From Betaproteobacteria bacterium (GTDB taxonomy: Bacteria; Pseudomonadota; Gammaproteobacteria; Burkholderiales; SG8-41): 64,000 nucleotides of DNA. The first letter of the stretch is position 1, and each line of letters begins with the position of its first letter. The notes beneath the pieces are model-generated. The model searched no databases. It was not told the origin of the DNA and saw nothing but the letters and a program-made list of their open reading frames with translations. This document shows, one piece after another, positions 38,780-48,162 of the stretch. The position numbers and the translations under genes were made by a program. The DNA is taken from the NCBI GenBank assembly GCA_021730905.1, contig JAKFYK010000085.1:6884-70883 (forward strand), in the 5' to 3' direction.

Positions 38780-39733
38780 TCAAGCGCCCAGCAGCAGTCG
38801 CGTCAGCATGCCCAGCGCCGCGAGCATGAATGCCATACCCAGAAACTCTGGCGCGCGAAATATTCGCAGCTTCGCGGATATCGTTTCAAGCAGCGCGAGC
38901 CCGGCGCCGACGATGCCAAGCTTGATGATCAGCACCACTATGGCCGTCGGCAGCGCCTGCCATGCGCCCGCCTCGGCAATGCCCCAGGGCGCGAACAACG
39001 CGATGCCTATCGCACAGTAGGTGGTAAATTTGATCGCGGTGGCCCATTCAATCAGCGCAAGATGCCGCCCGGAATATTCCAGGATCAGCGCTTCATGAAT
39101 CATGGTGAGTTCCAGGTGCGTGGCGGGATTATCGATGGGAATGCGCGCGTTTTCTGCCAGTAGCACCATCACAAATGCTACCGCGGCAAACGCCAGGCTG
39201 GGATACAGCGCGAATTCCCGGTGCGCCAGCGTGTCCACAATGACGTTCAGTGAGCTCGATTGCACGATCAGCAGCGGCGTGAAAAACACCATCAGCAGCG
39301 CTGGTTCCGACAAACTCGCCACCAGCATCTCGCGCCGCGCACCAAGGCTGCCGAACGAGGTGCCGACATCCATAGCCGCCAGCGCCGAGAATACCCGCGC
39401 CAGCGCAAACACACCCACCAGCGCAATTACGTCGGCGGCCGGTGCAAACAGCAGATTGGTCTCGATGATCGGCACCACGCTCGCCGCGAGCACCATGCAG
39501 CCAAACTGGATATAGGGCGCGCTGCGAAACACCGCCGATGCGTTGTGCGCCAGCAACGCATCCTTGTCGAACAGCTTGAGCAGCACGCGGTACGGCTGCA
39601 GCAGGCCCGGCCCGCTGCGGTTCTGCAGCCATGCCCGGCACTGGCCGACCCAGCCCAGCATCAGTGGCGCGATCAGCACCACCAGCAGGGTTTGCGTAAG
39701 CTGCGACAGGAATGATGCAATCGTTGATAACAT
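38780..39733 (-). CDS. hyfC: HyfC/NuoH-like membrane subunit
   Basis: LQNRSGP.LLQPYR.L.KL, FGSLGARRE, ENARIPIDNPATHLELTMIHE. Start moved to ATG 39733. Confidence 0.88.
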   Translation of the reverse strand: MLSTIASFLSQLTQTLLVVLIAPLMLGWVGQCRAWLQNRSGPGLLQPYRVLLKLFDKDALLAHNASAVFRSAPYIQFGCMVLAASVVPIIETNLLFAPAADVIALVGVFALARVFSALAAMDVGTSFGSLGARREMLVASLSEPALLMVFFTPLLIVQSSSLNVIVDTLAHREFALYPSLAFAAVAFVMVLLAENARIPIDNPATHLELTMIHEALILEYSGRHLALIEWATAIKFTTYCAIGIALFAPWGIAEAGAWQALPTAIVVLIIKLGIVGAGLALLETISAKLRIFRAPEFLGMAFMLAALGMLTRLLLGA

Positions 39734-39744
39734 GAATATGACGA

Positions 39745-41757
39745 TCAGCGCACGAAGAGCAGCAACGCCAGCAGCGTTGCAAAGCTGTACAGCAAATACA
39801 GGTGAATGCGCCCGTGCTGCAAGATGCCTATCCACGACGCGACACGTTCATTCGCCCGCGCGACCGGCACATAGAGCCAGTGCCACAATCGGTCTTCGAT
39901 CGTATTGGCATACACCGGCGCTTTACTGAACGGATCCGGCATCTGCCGTCGCACGCTGAAAAAAGGCTCGAAGATCTGCGTAATCGGCTGGCCGAAACCC
40001 TCGGCGGTATCCTGCATGCGCGATGTCTGCTCGGGAAAGCCGCAATCCCATGCCGCGCCGCGCCGCACCCGGCCGTGATAAAACCCGCGCACCGTGAAAA
40101 ACGTCACCAGCAGCGTGCCAACGATACCCAGCAGGAACAGCAGCGGTCCGTAACTCGCGCGTTCCGCCGCCACTGGCGCAAACAGCAGCCAACTGTTGCC
40201 GGAAATCGCCGCGCTCAAGGTGAAATTCACCAGCGACAAGGTCACATGATCCAGCAGCAGTACGATCGCCATCGGAAACAGTCCAAGCGCGATACAGCCC
40301 GCAGCAAACCAAGCCATTCCAATACGCTCCCATATGCCCGCATCGCGCGCGCTGCTCAATTTTTCTTCGCGCTGCTGACCCAGAAAGATCACGCCGTAGA
40401 ATTTGACCATCACGTATCCCGACAGTGCGGCGGCCAATACCAGCGCGGCAGAACCGAGCGGCACCAGCATATTGAGGTACGGGTTGGGCAATCCGGGCGA
40501 AAACAAAAAGGCCTGTAACAACAGCCATTCCGAGACAAATCCATTCAGCGGCGGCAATCCCGCGATAGCCAGCGCGCCCACCAGCGACAACCCGGCAACC
40601 CATGGCATGTTGCGGATCAACCCGCCGAGCTTCCCCAGGTTGCGCTCTTGCGTGGAATGCAGCACCGAGCCGGTGCCTAAAAACAGCAGGCTCTTGAAAA
40701 ACGCATGATTGAGGCAATGATACAGCGTCGCTACCAGCGCGAGCGCCGCGAGATGCGGATTGCTGTAGGCGTGAAAAATAATGGCAAGCCCGATGCCCGC
40801 GACGATGATGCCGATGTTTTCGATGGACGAGTAGGCGAGCAGGCGCTTCATGTCGCTTTGCACGGCGGCGAACATCACGCCAAACAGCGCGGTCATCAAC
40901 CCCAGCACCAGCGCCACCACGCCCCACCACCAGATTTGTATGGGTAGCAGATCGAACGTCACACGCAGCAACCCATAGATCGCGGTCTTCAGCATCACAC
41001 CGCTCATCAGCGCCGACACCGGCGAGGGTGCCGCAGGATGCGCCTCGGGCAACCACACGTGCAAGGGCAGCAGTCCCGCTTTGGCGCCAAAGCCAAACAG
41101 TGCGAGCAGGAACGCAGTGCTTGCCCAGAATACCGACAGTTCACTGGAACGCAACGCATCAAACGTGTACTGCCCGGCGCCACCGTGCATCACGCCGAAA
41201 CACAGCAACAGGGCAATCGCGCCGATGTGAGCAATCAACAGATAAAGAAATCCGGCGCGGCGGATTTCAGCGATCTTGTGACTGGTGGTAACCAGAAAAT
41301 AGGACGACAGCGCCATGGTTTCCCACGCCACCATGAAAAGATAGGCATCGTCCGCCAGCATTACCATCACCATGCTGGCTAGAAATACGTGATATTGCAG
41401 GCACAAAAGACCGGGCACAGTGCCTTCGCCGCGGCGGAAATATCCCGCCGAAAACAACGATACGCCCAGCGCAACAGCGCCAACCAGCGCCACGAAAAAC
41501 GCAGACAGCGCATCCAGCCGCACATGGAAAGGCAAGTCCGGCAGGCCCAGCGGCAGCACCAGGGTAACCGCATCGATGCGTATGGAAAACACTGCCGCGA
41601 GCACCAGCAACGCGCCACCGATCGCGCCTATCGGAAACAGCACACGGCTCACAAAGCGCAGGCTGGTGGGGCGCAACAGGCCGGCTACACCGATCAGCAG
41701 CCAAAGCAGCACGACGCCCAGTATCAGGTCCAGAGGTGCAGCATCAAACGGATACAC
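39745..41757 (-). CDS. hyfB: HyfB-like antiporter-like membrane subunit
   Basis: WETMALSS, KAGLLPLHVWLPEAHPAAPSPVSALMSG, KRLLAYSSIEN, PPLNGFVSEW, WDCG. Confidence 0.9.
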   Translation of the reverse strand: MYPFDAAPLDLILGVVLLWLLIGVAGLLRPTSLRFVSRVLFPIGAIGGALLVLAAVFSIRIDAVTLVLPLGLPDLPFHVRLDALSAFFVALVGAVALGVSLFSAGYFRRGEGTVPGLLCLQYHVFLASMVMVMLADDAYLFMVAWETMALSSYFLVTTSHKIAEIRRAGFLYLLIAHIGAIALLLCFGVMHGGAGQYTFDALRSSELSVFWASTAFLLALFGFGAKAGLLPLHVWLPEAHPAAPSPVSALMSGVMLKTAIYGLLRVTFDLLPIQIWWWGVVALVLGLMTALFGVMFAAVQSDMKRLLAYSSIENIGIIVAGIGLAIIFHAYSNPHLAALALVATLYHCLNHAFFKSLLFLGTGSVLHSTQERNLGKLGGLIRNMPWVAGLSLVGALAIAGLPPLNGFVSEWLLLQAFLFSPGLPNPYLNMLVPLGSAALVLAAALSGYVMVKFYGVIFLGQQREEKLSSARDAGIWERIGMAWFAAGCIALGLFPMAIVLLLDHVTLSLVNFTLSAAISGNSWLLFAPVAAERASYGPLLFLLGIVGTLLVTFFTVRGFYHGRVRRGAAWDCGFPEQTSRMQDTAEGFGQPITQIFEPFFSVRRQMPDPFSKAPVYANTIEDRLWHWLYVPVARANERVASWIGILQHGRIHLYLLYSFATLLALLLFVR

Positions 41758-41890
41758 TGTGGTTGTCGCGGCTAGAGTGGGGCCCGGTACTGGTTCAACC
41801 GCACCGGGTAAGGGCGCATTGTAGTCTGTTTGCGGCGACCGAGAAAAGCCGCGGCAGAGGCCTGGATCAACTACGCAATCTCACCTACTG

Positions 41891-42319
41891 CTATGGCCGC
41901 AAATACGCATAACCCTCGCGCTGTTGCAGCCGCGTGATCTCCGCAACCCCGGAAGGCACGAACGTCACTTCCGGGATGAACCCTTTGCGTTCGAGCTTGC
42001 GGTTTCTCAGCGTGATCTCGCACACATCGAATTTCACGCCACGCGCCTTGAGTTCCTCCACGGGAATATGGTACGGATTGCCATTAACGTCTTTTTTGCC
42101 GTCCATCAAAAAATCCACACCCATCGCGTGCGTCACAACCACGATTTTCACTTTCGGATTCACTTCAAGGTGATTGTTGATATTGCGCATCGCTGCCGTG
42201 GCGTTGGCGGCATCATTCACGTGATAGACGACCTTGTCTTCCTGCGCCTGCGCTGCTCCCGCAAGCGCAAGAACACCGGCCATACCCGCCAGCAGCATTT
42301 TCAGAAATCCGATTTTCAT
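41891..42319 (-). CDS. Exported DsrE/DsrF-like family protein
   Basis: ATG 42319 with GGAGA RBS, signal peptide ...AQA, KVVYHVND, single Cys in FDVCEITL, VPSGVAEITRLQQREGYAYLRP. Confidence 0.82.
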   Translation of the reverse strand: MKIGFLKMLLAGMAGVLALAGAAQAQEDKVVYHVNDAANATAAMRNINNHLEVNPKVKIVVVTHAMGVDFLMDGKKDVNGNPYHIPVEELKARGVKFDVCEITLRNRKLERKGFIPEVTFVPSGVAEITRLQQREGYAYLRP

Positions 42320-42391
42320 ACGCATCTCCATCGAAATTTGTAGAATACCCGCACACCTTACGGCACACCGGCTTGAAGCGCAATCGTTCGC

Positions 42392-42664
42392 ATGCAAACC
42401 AGACACCTCGTCATCACCGGCCGCGTGCAAGGCGTGGGATTCCGCTACTACATGGAATATAAGGCGCGGCAATTCCACGTCACCGGCTGGGTGCGCAACC
42501 GCCGCGACGGCAGCGTCGAAGCCATGATTCAGGGCACGCCGGAAAACGTTGCGGCGATGATCGTGCGCGCGCATCGCGGACCGCCCAAGGCATCGGTTGA
42601 CGCGGTGGGCGTGAGCGAAGGCTCGGGAGAATTTTCGAAATTCGTCGCCCGCCCCACCGCATAA
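42392..42664 (+). CDS. acyP: Acylphosphatase
   Basis: ITGRVQGVGFR, GWVRNRRDGSVE, GPP. Confidence 0.93.
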   Translation: MQTRHLVITGRVQGVGFRYYMEYKARQFHVTGWVRNRRDGSVEAMIQGTPENVAAMIVRAHRGPPKASVDAVGVSEGSGEFSKFVARPTA

Positions 42665-42690
42665 CGCGTCAGCTTTGTGCGCCTGCGCAG

Positions 42691-43398
42691 CTACGCTCTC
42701 GCCGATGCTTGTTTCTGGATTTCAGCCGCGCGCGCGCGATGCTTCGCCGCCTCCTCCTTGCGCCCCAGCGCCTCGCAAACCTCGGCCAGATTATTCAAGG
42801 TATGCGCGACGCTCTGATTCATCGGCCCCAGGGTTTTTTCTTTCATCGCCAGCGCCCGGCGCAGATACAGTTCAGCCTCCTTGTAGCGCGCCTGCAACTG
42901 CAGATTGGCGCCCAGGTTATTCAGCGCGCTGGCGGTCTTCGGATCATCGCCATGCACTTTCTCGAAAATCGGCAGCACCGTTCGCTGCAATTTCTCGGCT
43001 TCGGCATACTTTTTTTGCGCCTGCACCACGTCGGCAAGGTTAAGCATGGTGAGCGCGGTGGAAGGATGCGCCGCGCCGAGCGCTTTTTCGCGTATCGCCA
43101 GCGCCCGCCAATAGTGCTTTTCGGATTCCTCGAAACGTTTCTGGAAACGCAGCACCAGTGCCAGATTGCCCAGACTGGCCGCGGTGTTTTGATGCGCGCT
43201 GCCAAAGGTTTTTTCAGCCTCTGCGATGGCATTGCGCGCGAGTTGTTCGGCCTGCTTCAGCGCGCCGCCCATCAGGTGCGGCATCACCTGATCGTTGAGC
43301 GCTTTCCACTCGTTCTCGCCGGCGCTTGCGGCCGTACTGAGCAGCATGCTCCAGGATAAAATAAATACCTTTAAAAACAAATACTTATTGATGTCCAT
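42691..43398 (-). CDS. Tetratricopeptide repeat protein (kinesin-light-chain-like 42-aa repeats), probably exported
   Basis: Repeats of the type HPSTALTMLNLA...Y.EAE.L..RALAIREKALG, N-terminal hydrophobic signal. Confidence 0.85.
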   Translation of the reverse strand: MDINKYLFLKVFILSWSMLLSTAASAGENEWKALNDQVMPHLMGGALKQAEQLARNAIAEAEKTFGSAHQNTAASLGNLALVLRFQKRFEESEKHYWRALAIREKALGAAHPSTALTMLNLADVVQAQKKYAEAEKLQRTVLPIFEKVHGDDPKTASALNNLGANLQLQARYKEAELYLRRALAMKEKTLGPMNQSVAHTLNNLAEVCEALGRKEEAAKHRARAAEIQKQASARA

Positions 43399-46300
43399 TG
43401 GAATAGATCAAGCGCACGTTCTCGGGCTTCAGCCACTCACCGAGCGACGCGATCAACTCGTCGCGCGGATGCACTTTCCAGTCCTCACCAAGGCTGATTT
43501 CACAGCGTGCATCCCCGCTGCAGTACTCGATGGCGACCGGACACGGGCCGTTCAGATGCGGCGTCAGCAGCGCGCGCAGCTTGTCGCCCGACGACTGGCC
43601 GTTGCAGCTGATCCTGAGTACGCGCGCAAATTGTTCGCGCGCCTTTTGCAGGTCGAACAGTTTCTCCGCAGAAATGCGCAGGCTTTGTGAAAATTCATCG
43701 AAAGTCACCTTGCCTTCGACCACCAGCAATTGGTCTTCTTTTAGCCAGTGGCGATGCTGCTCGAATAATTCATTGAACACCGTGAGCTCGAGGCGCGCGT
43801 AGCTGTCATCCAGCACCAGCACCGCCATGCGTCCGCGTCGTGTCATCTGGATGCGCTGGCTCACGATAATGCCCGACAGCATCACCGGATGCGGCTGGGG
43901 GCTGACCTGATCAAGACGCGTCGGCGCGAAACCCCGCAGTTCCCCTTCGTAGCTGCGGAAAGGATGTCCCGAAAAATAAAATCCCAGCGCAGCTTTTTCC
44001 TGTTTCAGCCGTTCAAGATCGTTCCAGCACGGCACGGCAGCCAGATGCACGGTCGGCCGATGATCTTCGACGTCGCCGAACAGATTGGTCTGGTTTGCGC
44101 TGCGGCTCGCCTGCTCCGCGCTTTCCAGCGCCATGCCTACCGACGCCAGCAACGCCGCGCGGTTGCCATCCACGCTGTCGAATGCCCCGGCACGCACCAG
44201 CGACTCAACCACCCGCCGGTTGACGACGCGCTTGTCGACGCGGTGACAAAAATCAAACAGGTCCCGGTACGGGCCGCCGCCCTCGCGCACCTCAATGAGG
44301 TGATTGATTGCGCCTTCGCCGGTGCCCTTGACTGCACCGAGTCCGTAACGGATGCGCTTTCTGTCCACGGGCGCAAAGCGATAACCACCGCTGTTGACAT
44401 CCGGCGCGAGAATTTCCATGCCGTTGGCCAGCGCATCTTCGTGAAACTGCTGCACCTTGTCGGTGTCGTTCATCACCGCCGACAAGTTGGCCGCCATGAA
44501 CGCCGCCGCGTGATGCGCCTTCAGATACGCGGTCTGATAAGCGACCAGCGCATAGGCCGCCGCATGCGACTTGTTGAAACCGTAGCCGGCAAACTTCTCC
44601 ATCAAGTCAAAAAGCTCGTCCGCTTTGCGCGGCGACAAGCCGTTCTTCGCCGCGCCCTCGGCGAAGATACTGCGCTGCTCGGCCATTTCTTCGGGCATCT
44701 TCTTGCCCATCGCGCGCCGCAGCAGATCGGCGCCGCCGAGACTATAGCCGCCGATGATCTGCGCCATCTGCATCACCTGCTCCTGATAAATCATGATGCC
44801 GTAGGACTCAGCGAGGATGTCTTTGACGCGCGGGTCGGGATATTCGAAGCGCTTGCCATGTTTACGGTCGCAGAACTCGGGTATCAGTTCCATCGGGCCG
44901 GGGCGATACAGCGACACCAGGGCGATAATGTCGCCGAAGCGGTCGGGGCGCGCGCGCTTCAAAAGATCGCGCATGCCGCGCGATTCAAACTGGAATATCG
45001 CCGTGGTGTTGGCCGTGGCGAAAATCCTGTACGAAGCCGCATCGTCCAGCGGCAGTTCATGCAGCGCCAGTTTCGAATCGGGATCAAGCTGCTTGACGTA
45101 ACGCACTGCCCAATCGAGTACCGTCAGCGTCGTCAAACCCAAAAAGTCGAACTTCACCAGTCCGATGGCTTCGACGTCGTCCTTGTCAAATTGGCTGACA
45201 GCAGAGTCCGATGCATCGGCCACATACAATGGGCAAAAATCGGTCAGCTTGCCCGGCGCAATCAGCACGCCGCCTGCATGCATGCCGACGTTGCGCGTAA
45301 GACCTTCGACTTTTTCGGCGAGCGCCAGCAGTTCCGCCACTTCTTCTTCGTTTTTTTCGCGTTCTTTCAGTTGCGGTTCCATCTCGCGCGCCAGCGCGAG
45401 TGTGATCAGTTTGCCGGGCTGAAACGGAATCAGTTTCGCCAGTTGATCGCAGAAGTTGTACGGCATTTCGAGCACACGCCCCACATCGCGCACCACCGCC
45501 TTGGCCGCCATCGTTCCAAACGTCACGATCTGCGACACGCTGTCCGCGCCGTAGCGCTGCTTGACGTAATCGATCACGCGATCGCGCCCGTCCTGGCAAA
45601 AGTCGATATCGAAGTCGGGCATCGACACACGTTCGGGATTCAAAAACCGCTCGAACAGCAGGTTGTAGCGCAGCGGGTCAAGGTCGGTAATGCCCAGACT
45701 GTACGCCACCAGGGAACCCGCACCCGAACCGCGCCCCGGCCCCACCGGCACGCCGTTGTTCTTGGCCCAATTGATAAAATCAGCCACGATCAGAAAATAG
45801 CCAGGAAATCCCATTTGCAAAATCGTTTTGATCTCGAACGCCAACCGCTCGATGTAACGCGGCCGCTCGCGTTCGCGTGCTTCTGCGTCCGGATACAACA
45901 CTTGCATGCGCTGGTTGAGACCCTCCTGCGCGCGCAGTTTCAGGTAATCATCGAGGCTTTCCTGGTTCGGCGTGGGAAACAGCGGCAGTTTGCTTTTACC
46001 CAGTTCCAGCACCAGATTGCAGCGCTTGGCGATTTCCACGCTGTTGGCAAGGGCTTCCGGCAGGTCTTTGAAAATATTGAATATTTCTTCCTGCGTCAAA
46101 AAGTACTGCTGCTCGGAATAAAGCTTCGGCCGGCGCTGATCCGACAGCATGTAACCCTCGGAAATGCACACACGCGCTTCGTGGGCCCGAAAATCATCGG
46201 CGCGCAAAAACTGCACCGGATGTGTCGCTACTACCGGCAATTTCACTTGCGCCGCCAACTTCAGCGTACGCTGCACGCAGGTTTCGACCGGCACCACCGC

Positions 46301-46846
46301 CGCACCCGCTGTCATCGCGCCCTCCCCCGGACGCTGCACTTCCATGTAAAAACGGCCGGGAAAAAGTTTTTCCCATGCGCGCGCGAGTCTGGCAGCGGCC
46401 TCGCTGCTGTCCGCGATCAGCGCTTGGCCGATATCGCCGTGGTGCGCACCGGATAACGCAATCAAGCCCCCGGTGCCCGACTCCATGAACCAGTCGCGCA
46501 GGATTTCCGCGCGGCCGCGATACTGGTTGGAGCGGTACGCGCGCGTCAGCAAACTGCACAGGCGCAAATAGCCCGCGTGGCTCTGTGCCAGCAGCAGCAA
46601 CCGGAACGGCTTGTCGCGATCCGTTTCATTCGTCAGCCACACATCGCAGCCGATAAGCGGCTTGACGCCCGCCGCGCGCGCCGCCGTATAAAACTTGACC
46701 ATGCCAAACACGTTCGACAGGTCGGTCAGCGCCAGCGCCGGCATACCGTCCGCGGCAGCCGCGGCAACAGCATCGTCGATGCGCACAATGCCGTCAACGA
46801 TGGAATACTCGCTGTGCAAACGCAGGTGTACGAACTTGGGCTGCAT
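43385..46846 (-). CDS. dnaE: DNA polymerase III subunit alpha
   Basis: FVHLRLHSEYS PHP domain, GPGRGSGAGS, RVSMPDFDIDF, FAGYGFNKSH. Confidence 0.98.
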   Translation of the reverse strand: MQPKFVHLRLHSEYSIVDGIVRIDDAVAAAAADGMPALALTDLSNVFGMVKFYTAARAAGVKPLIGCDVWLTNETDRDKPFRLLLLAQSHAGYLRLCSLLTRAYRSNQYRGRAEILRDWFMESGTGGLIALSGAHHGDIGQALIADSSEAAARLARAWEKLFPGRFYMEVQRPGEGAMTAGAAVVPVETCVQRTLKLAAQVKLPVVATHPVQFLRADDFRAHEARVCISEGYMLSDQRRPKLYSEQQYFLTQEEIFNIFKDLPEALANSVEIAKRCNLVLELGKSKLPLFPTPNQESLDDYLKLRAQEGLNQRMQVLYPDAEARERERPRYIERLAFEIKTILQMGFPGYFLIVADFINWAKNNGVPVGPGRGSGAGSLVAYSLGITDLDPLRYNLLFERFLNPERVSMPDFDIDFCQDGRDRVIDYVKQRYGADSVSQIVTFGTMAAKAVVRDVGRVLEMPYNFCDQLAKLIPFQPGKLITLALAREMEPQLKEREKNEEEVAELLALAEKVEGLTRNVGMHAGGVLIAPGKLTDFCPLYVADASDSAVSQFDKDDVEAIGLVKFDFLGLTTLTVLDWAVRYVKQLDPDSKLALHELPLDDAASYRIFATANTTAIFQFESRGMRDLLKRARPDRFGDIIALVSLYRPGPMELIPEFCDRKHGKRFEYPDPRVKDILAESYGIMIYQEQVMQMAQIIGGYSLGGADLLRRAMGKKMPEEMAEQRSIFAEGAAKNGLSPRKADELFDLMEKFAGYGFNKSHAAAYALVAYQTAYLKAHHAAAFMAANLSAVMNDTDKVQQFHEDALANGMEILAPDVNSGGYRFAPVDRKRIRYGLGAVKGTGEGAINHLIEVREGGGPYRDLFDFCHRVDKRVVNRRVVESLVRAGAFDSVDGNRAALLASVGMALESAEQASRSANQTNLFGDVEDHRPTVHLAAVPCWNDLERLKQEKAALGFYFSGHPFRSYEGELRGFAPTRLDQVSPQPHPVMLSGIIVSQRIQMTRRGRMAVLVLDDSYARLELTVFNELFEQHRHWLKEDQLLVVEGKVTFDEFSQSLRISAEKLFDLQKAREQFARVLRISCNGQSSGDKLRALLTPHLNGPCPVAIEYCSGDARCEISLGEDWKVHPRDELIASLGEWLKPENVRLIYSNGHQ

Positions 46847-46952
46847 GGCGCTATTTTAGCGGCTTGTAAGGAGTTACTGCATAATCACAGCTCAACCCGC
46901 ACCCGCTTTTCCCGAAGACTCCGTCGGGTACGCGCGCTCAAAGAAAAAGCAA

Positions 46953-47822
46953 ATGAAAACAAGCCGTTCCGAATTTCACGACATCCGCGGCATACGCCAT
47001 CACGTGCGACTGTGGGGTGACACCGGCAGTCCGGCGCTTTTTTTGCTGCACGGCTGGATGGATGTTTCAGCATCGTTTCAGTTTCTGGTGGACGAATTGA
47101 AGCACGATTGGCGGGTGATCGCGCCCGACTGGCGTGGTTTTGGGCTGAGTGACTGGACGCGCGAAGGCTACTGGTTCCAGGACTACTACGCCGATCTCGA
47201 CGCGCTGCTCGACCTTTATACGCCCGGGGAACCGGCGCGCATCGTCGGCCACAGCATGGGCGGCAATATTGCCTGCACCTACGCGGGCATACGCCCGGCG
47301 CGCGTGACAAAGCTGGCATCGCTCGAAGGCTTTGGCATGGGGCGCGCGCGTGCCGACATGGCGCCGGGGCGCTATCAGCGCTGGCTCGAAGAATTAAGAG
47401 CGCCGCCGTCCTTCCGCCCCTACACAACGTTCGATGCGGTTGCCGAACGCCTGATGAAGAACAACCCGCGGCTCACCCGTGACAAGGCGGATTTCCTGGC
47501 GCAGCACTGGGCGCGGCGCACGGACAGCGGCGAGATTGTGCTCAACTTCGATCCGCGCCACAAGATCGTGAACCCGATATTGAGCCGCCTTGAAGAGCTG
47601 ATCGAATGCTGGAAGCACGTGACCTGCCCCACGCTATGGGTGGTGACCAACGAGATCGATCCGCGCGGCTGGCGCAAGGACACGCCCACGCAAATGGCCG
47701 AGCGCAAAAACGCATTCAGGGACTTCCGCGAAGTCACCCTCGCGGATTGCGGACACATGATGCATCACGACCAGCCGGAACGGCTGGCCGCGATCATCGA
47801 GGCATTTCTGCTGCGGGACTGA
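46953..47822 (+). CDS. Alpha/beta fold hydrolase
   Basis: LLHGWMD, PDWRGFG, GHSMGG nucleophile elbow, GHMMHHDQP. Confidence 0.92.
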   Translation: MKTSRSEFHDIRGIRHHVRLWGDTGSPALFLLHGWMDVSASFQFLVDELKHDWRVIAPDWRGFGLSDWTREGYWFQDYYADLDALLDLYTPGEPARIVGHSMGGNIACTYAGIRPARVTKLASLEGFGMGRARADMAPGRYQRWLEELRAPPSFRPYTTFDAVAERLMKNNPRLTRDKADFLAQHWARRTDSGEIVLNFDPRHKIVNPILSRLEELIECWKHVTCPTLWVVTNEIDPRGWRKDTPTQMAERKNAFRDFREVTLADCGHMMHHDQPERLAAIIEAFLLRD

Positions 47823-47830
47823 GCCGCGCA

Positions 47831-47847
47831 CCGGGCGGGAAGCCCGG
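47831..47847. terminator. GC hairpin between convergent genes
   Basis: CCGGGC-GGGAA-GCCCGG with no U-tract. Confidence 0.35.
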
Positions 47848-47860
47848 CGCGGGTGACGCG

Positions 47861-48025
47861 TTAATCAGTAAAGATGTTGGGATACGCAAATCCGCCGGTA
47901 ATCAGCATAATGCTGACCTTGCCTATCCACGCGAGTTTCTCGGGGGCGGTCATTTCTGCAAAGGGTTTGCCGGTAAGGGATGCTGGCGCCGCGCTCCCCT
48001 GCGCAGTCGGTTGCTGGTCTTCCAT
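47861..48025 (-). CDS. Small hypothetical protein (54 aa), possibly membrane-associated
   Basis: Manual translation MEDQQPTAQGSAAPASLTGKPFAEMTAPEKLAWIGKVSIMLITGGFAYPNIFTD*. AGGAGA RBS 5 nt upstream. Fills an otherwise empty spacer. Confidence 0.7.
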   Translation of the reverse strand: MEDQQPTAQGSAAPASLTGKPFAEMTAPEKLAWIGKVSIMLITGGFAYPNIFTD

Positions 48026-48162
48026 GTGAATCTCCTGATTGAGAGTTTAAGAATGAATCGCCGCGCGCCGGCATTGAACGATGATCAGCAACGTACGATG
48101 CCGCGGGAGCAAGCCGCGCAACCATTCGGCAAGCAGTATTGCGCTACCCGCTTACCTCAACC

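Noticed and set aside
39717-39729. TATCAACGATTGC (minus strand) as the missing motif copy midway between 36221 and 43375
   Set aside because: The position fits the spacing, but the TTR half is misplaced by one base, so it is too weak to count.
41758-41890. Possible fluoride riboswitch ahead of the hyf-like operon
   Set aside because: The conserved GATGG...TCNCC / GCTRATGAC pattern is not visible. Only a generic hairpin (CCCGGTGC...GTACCGGG) is present.
43889-46456. 855-aa plus-strand ORF, and similar long antisense ORFs over DUF2339, yhdP, tldD and the hyf genes
   Set aside because: They lie opposite well-supported genes, have no recognisable motifs, and are expected from GC-rich codon bias.
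48085-48126. Two sigma-54-like elements upstream of the small ORF (CGGCATCGTACGTTGCT and TGGTTGCGCGGCTTGCT on the minus strand)
   Set aside because: Both have GG-N11-GC spacing, whereas sigma-54 requires GG-N10-GC.
47823-48162. Possible cobalamin riboswitch near btuF
   Set aside because: The region is downstream of btuF, lacks a recognisable B12 box, and is better explained by a 54-aa ORF.
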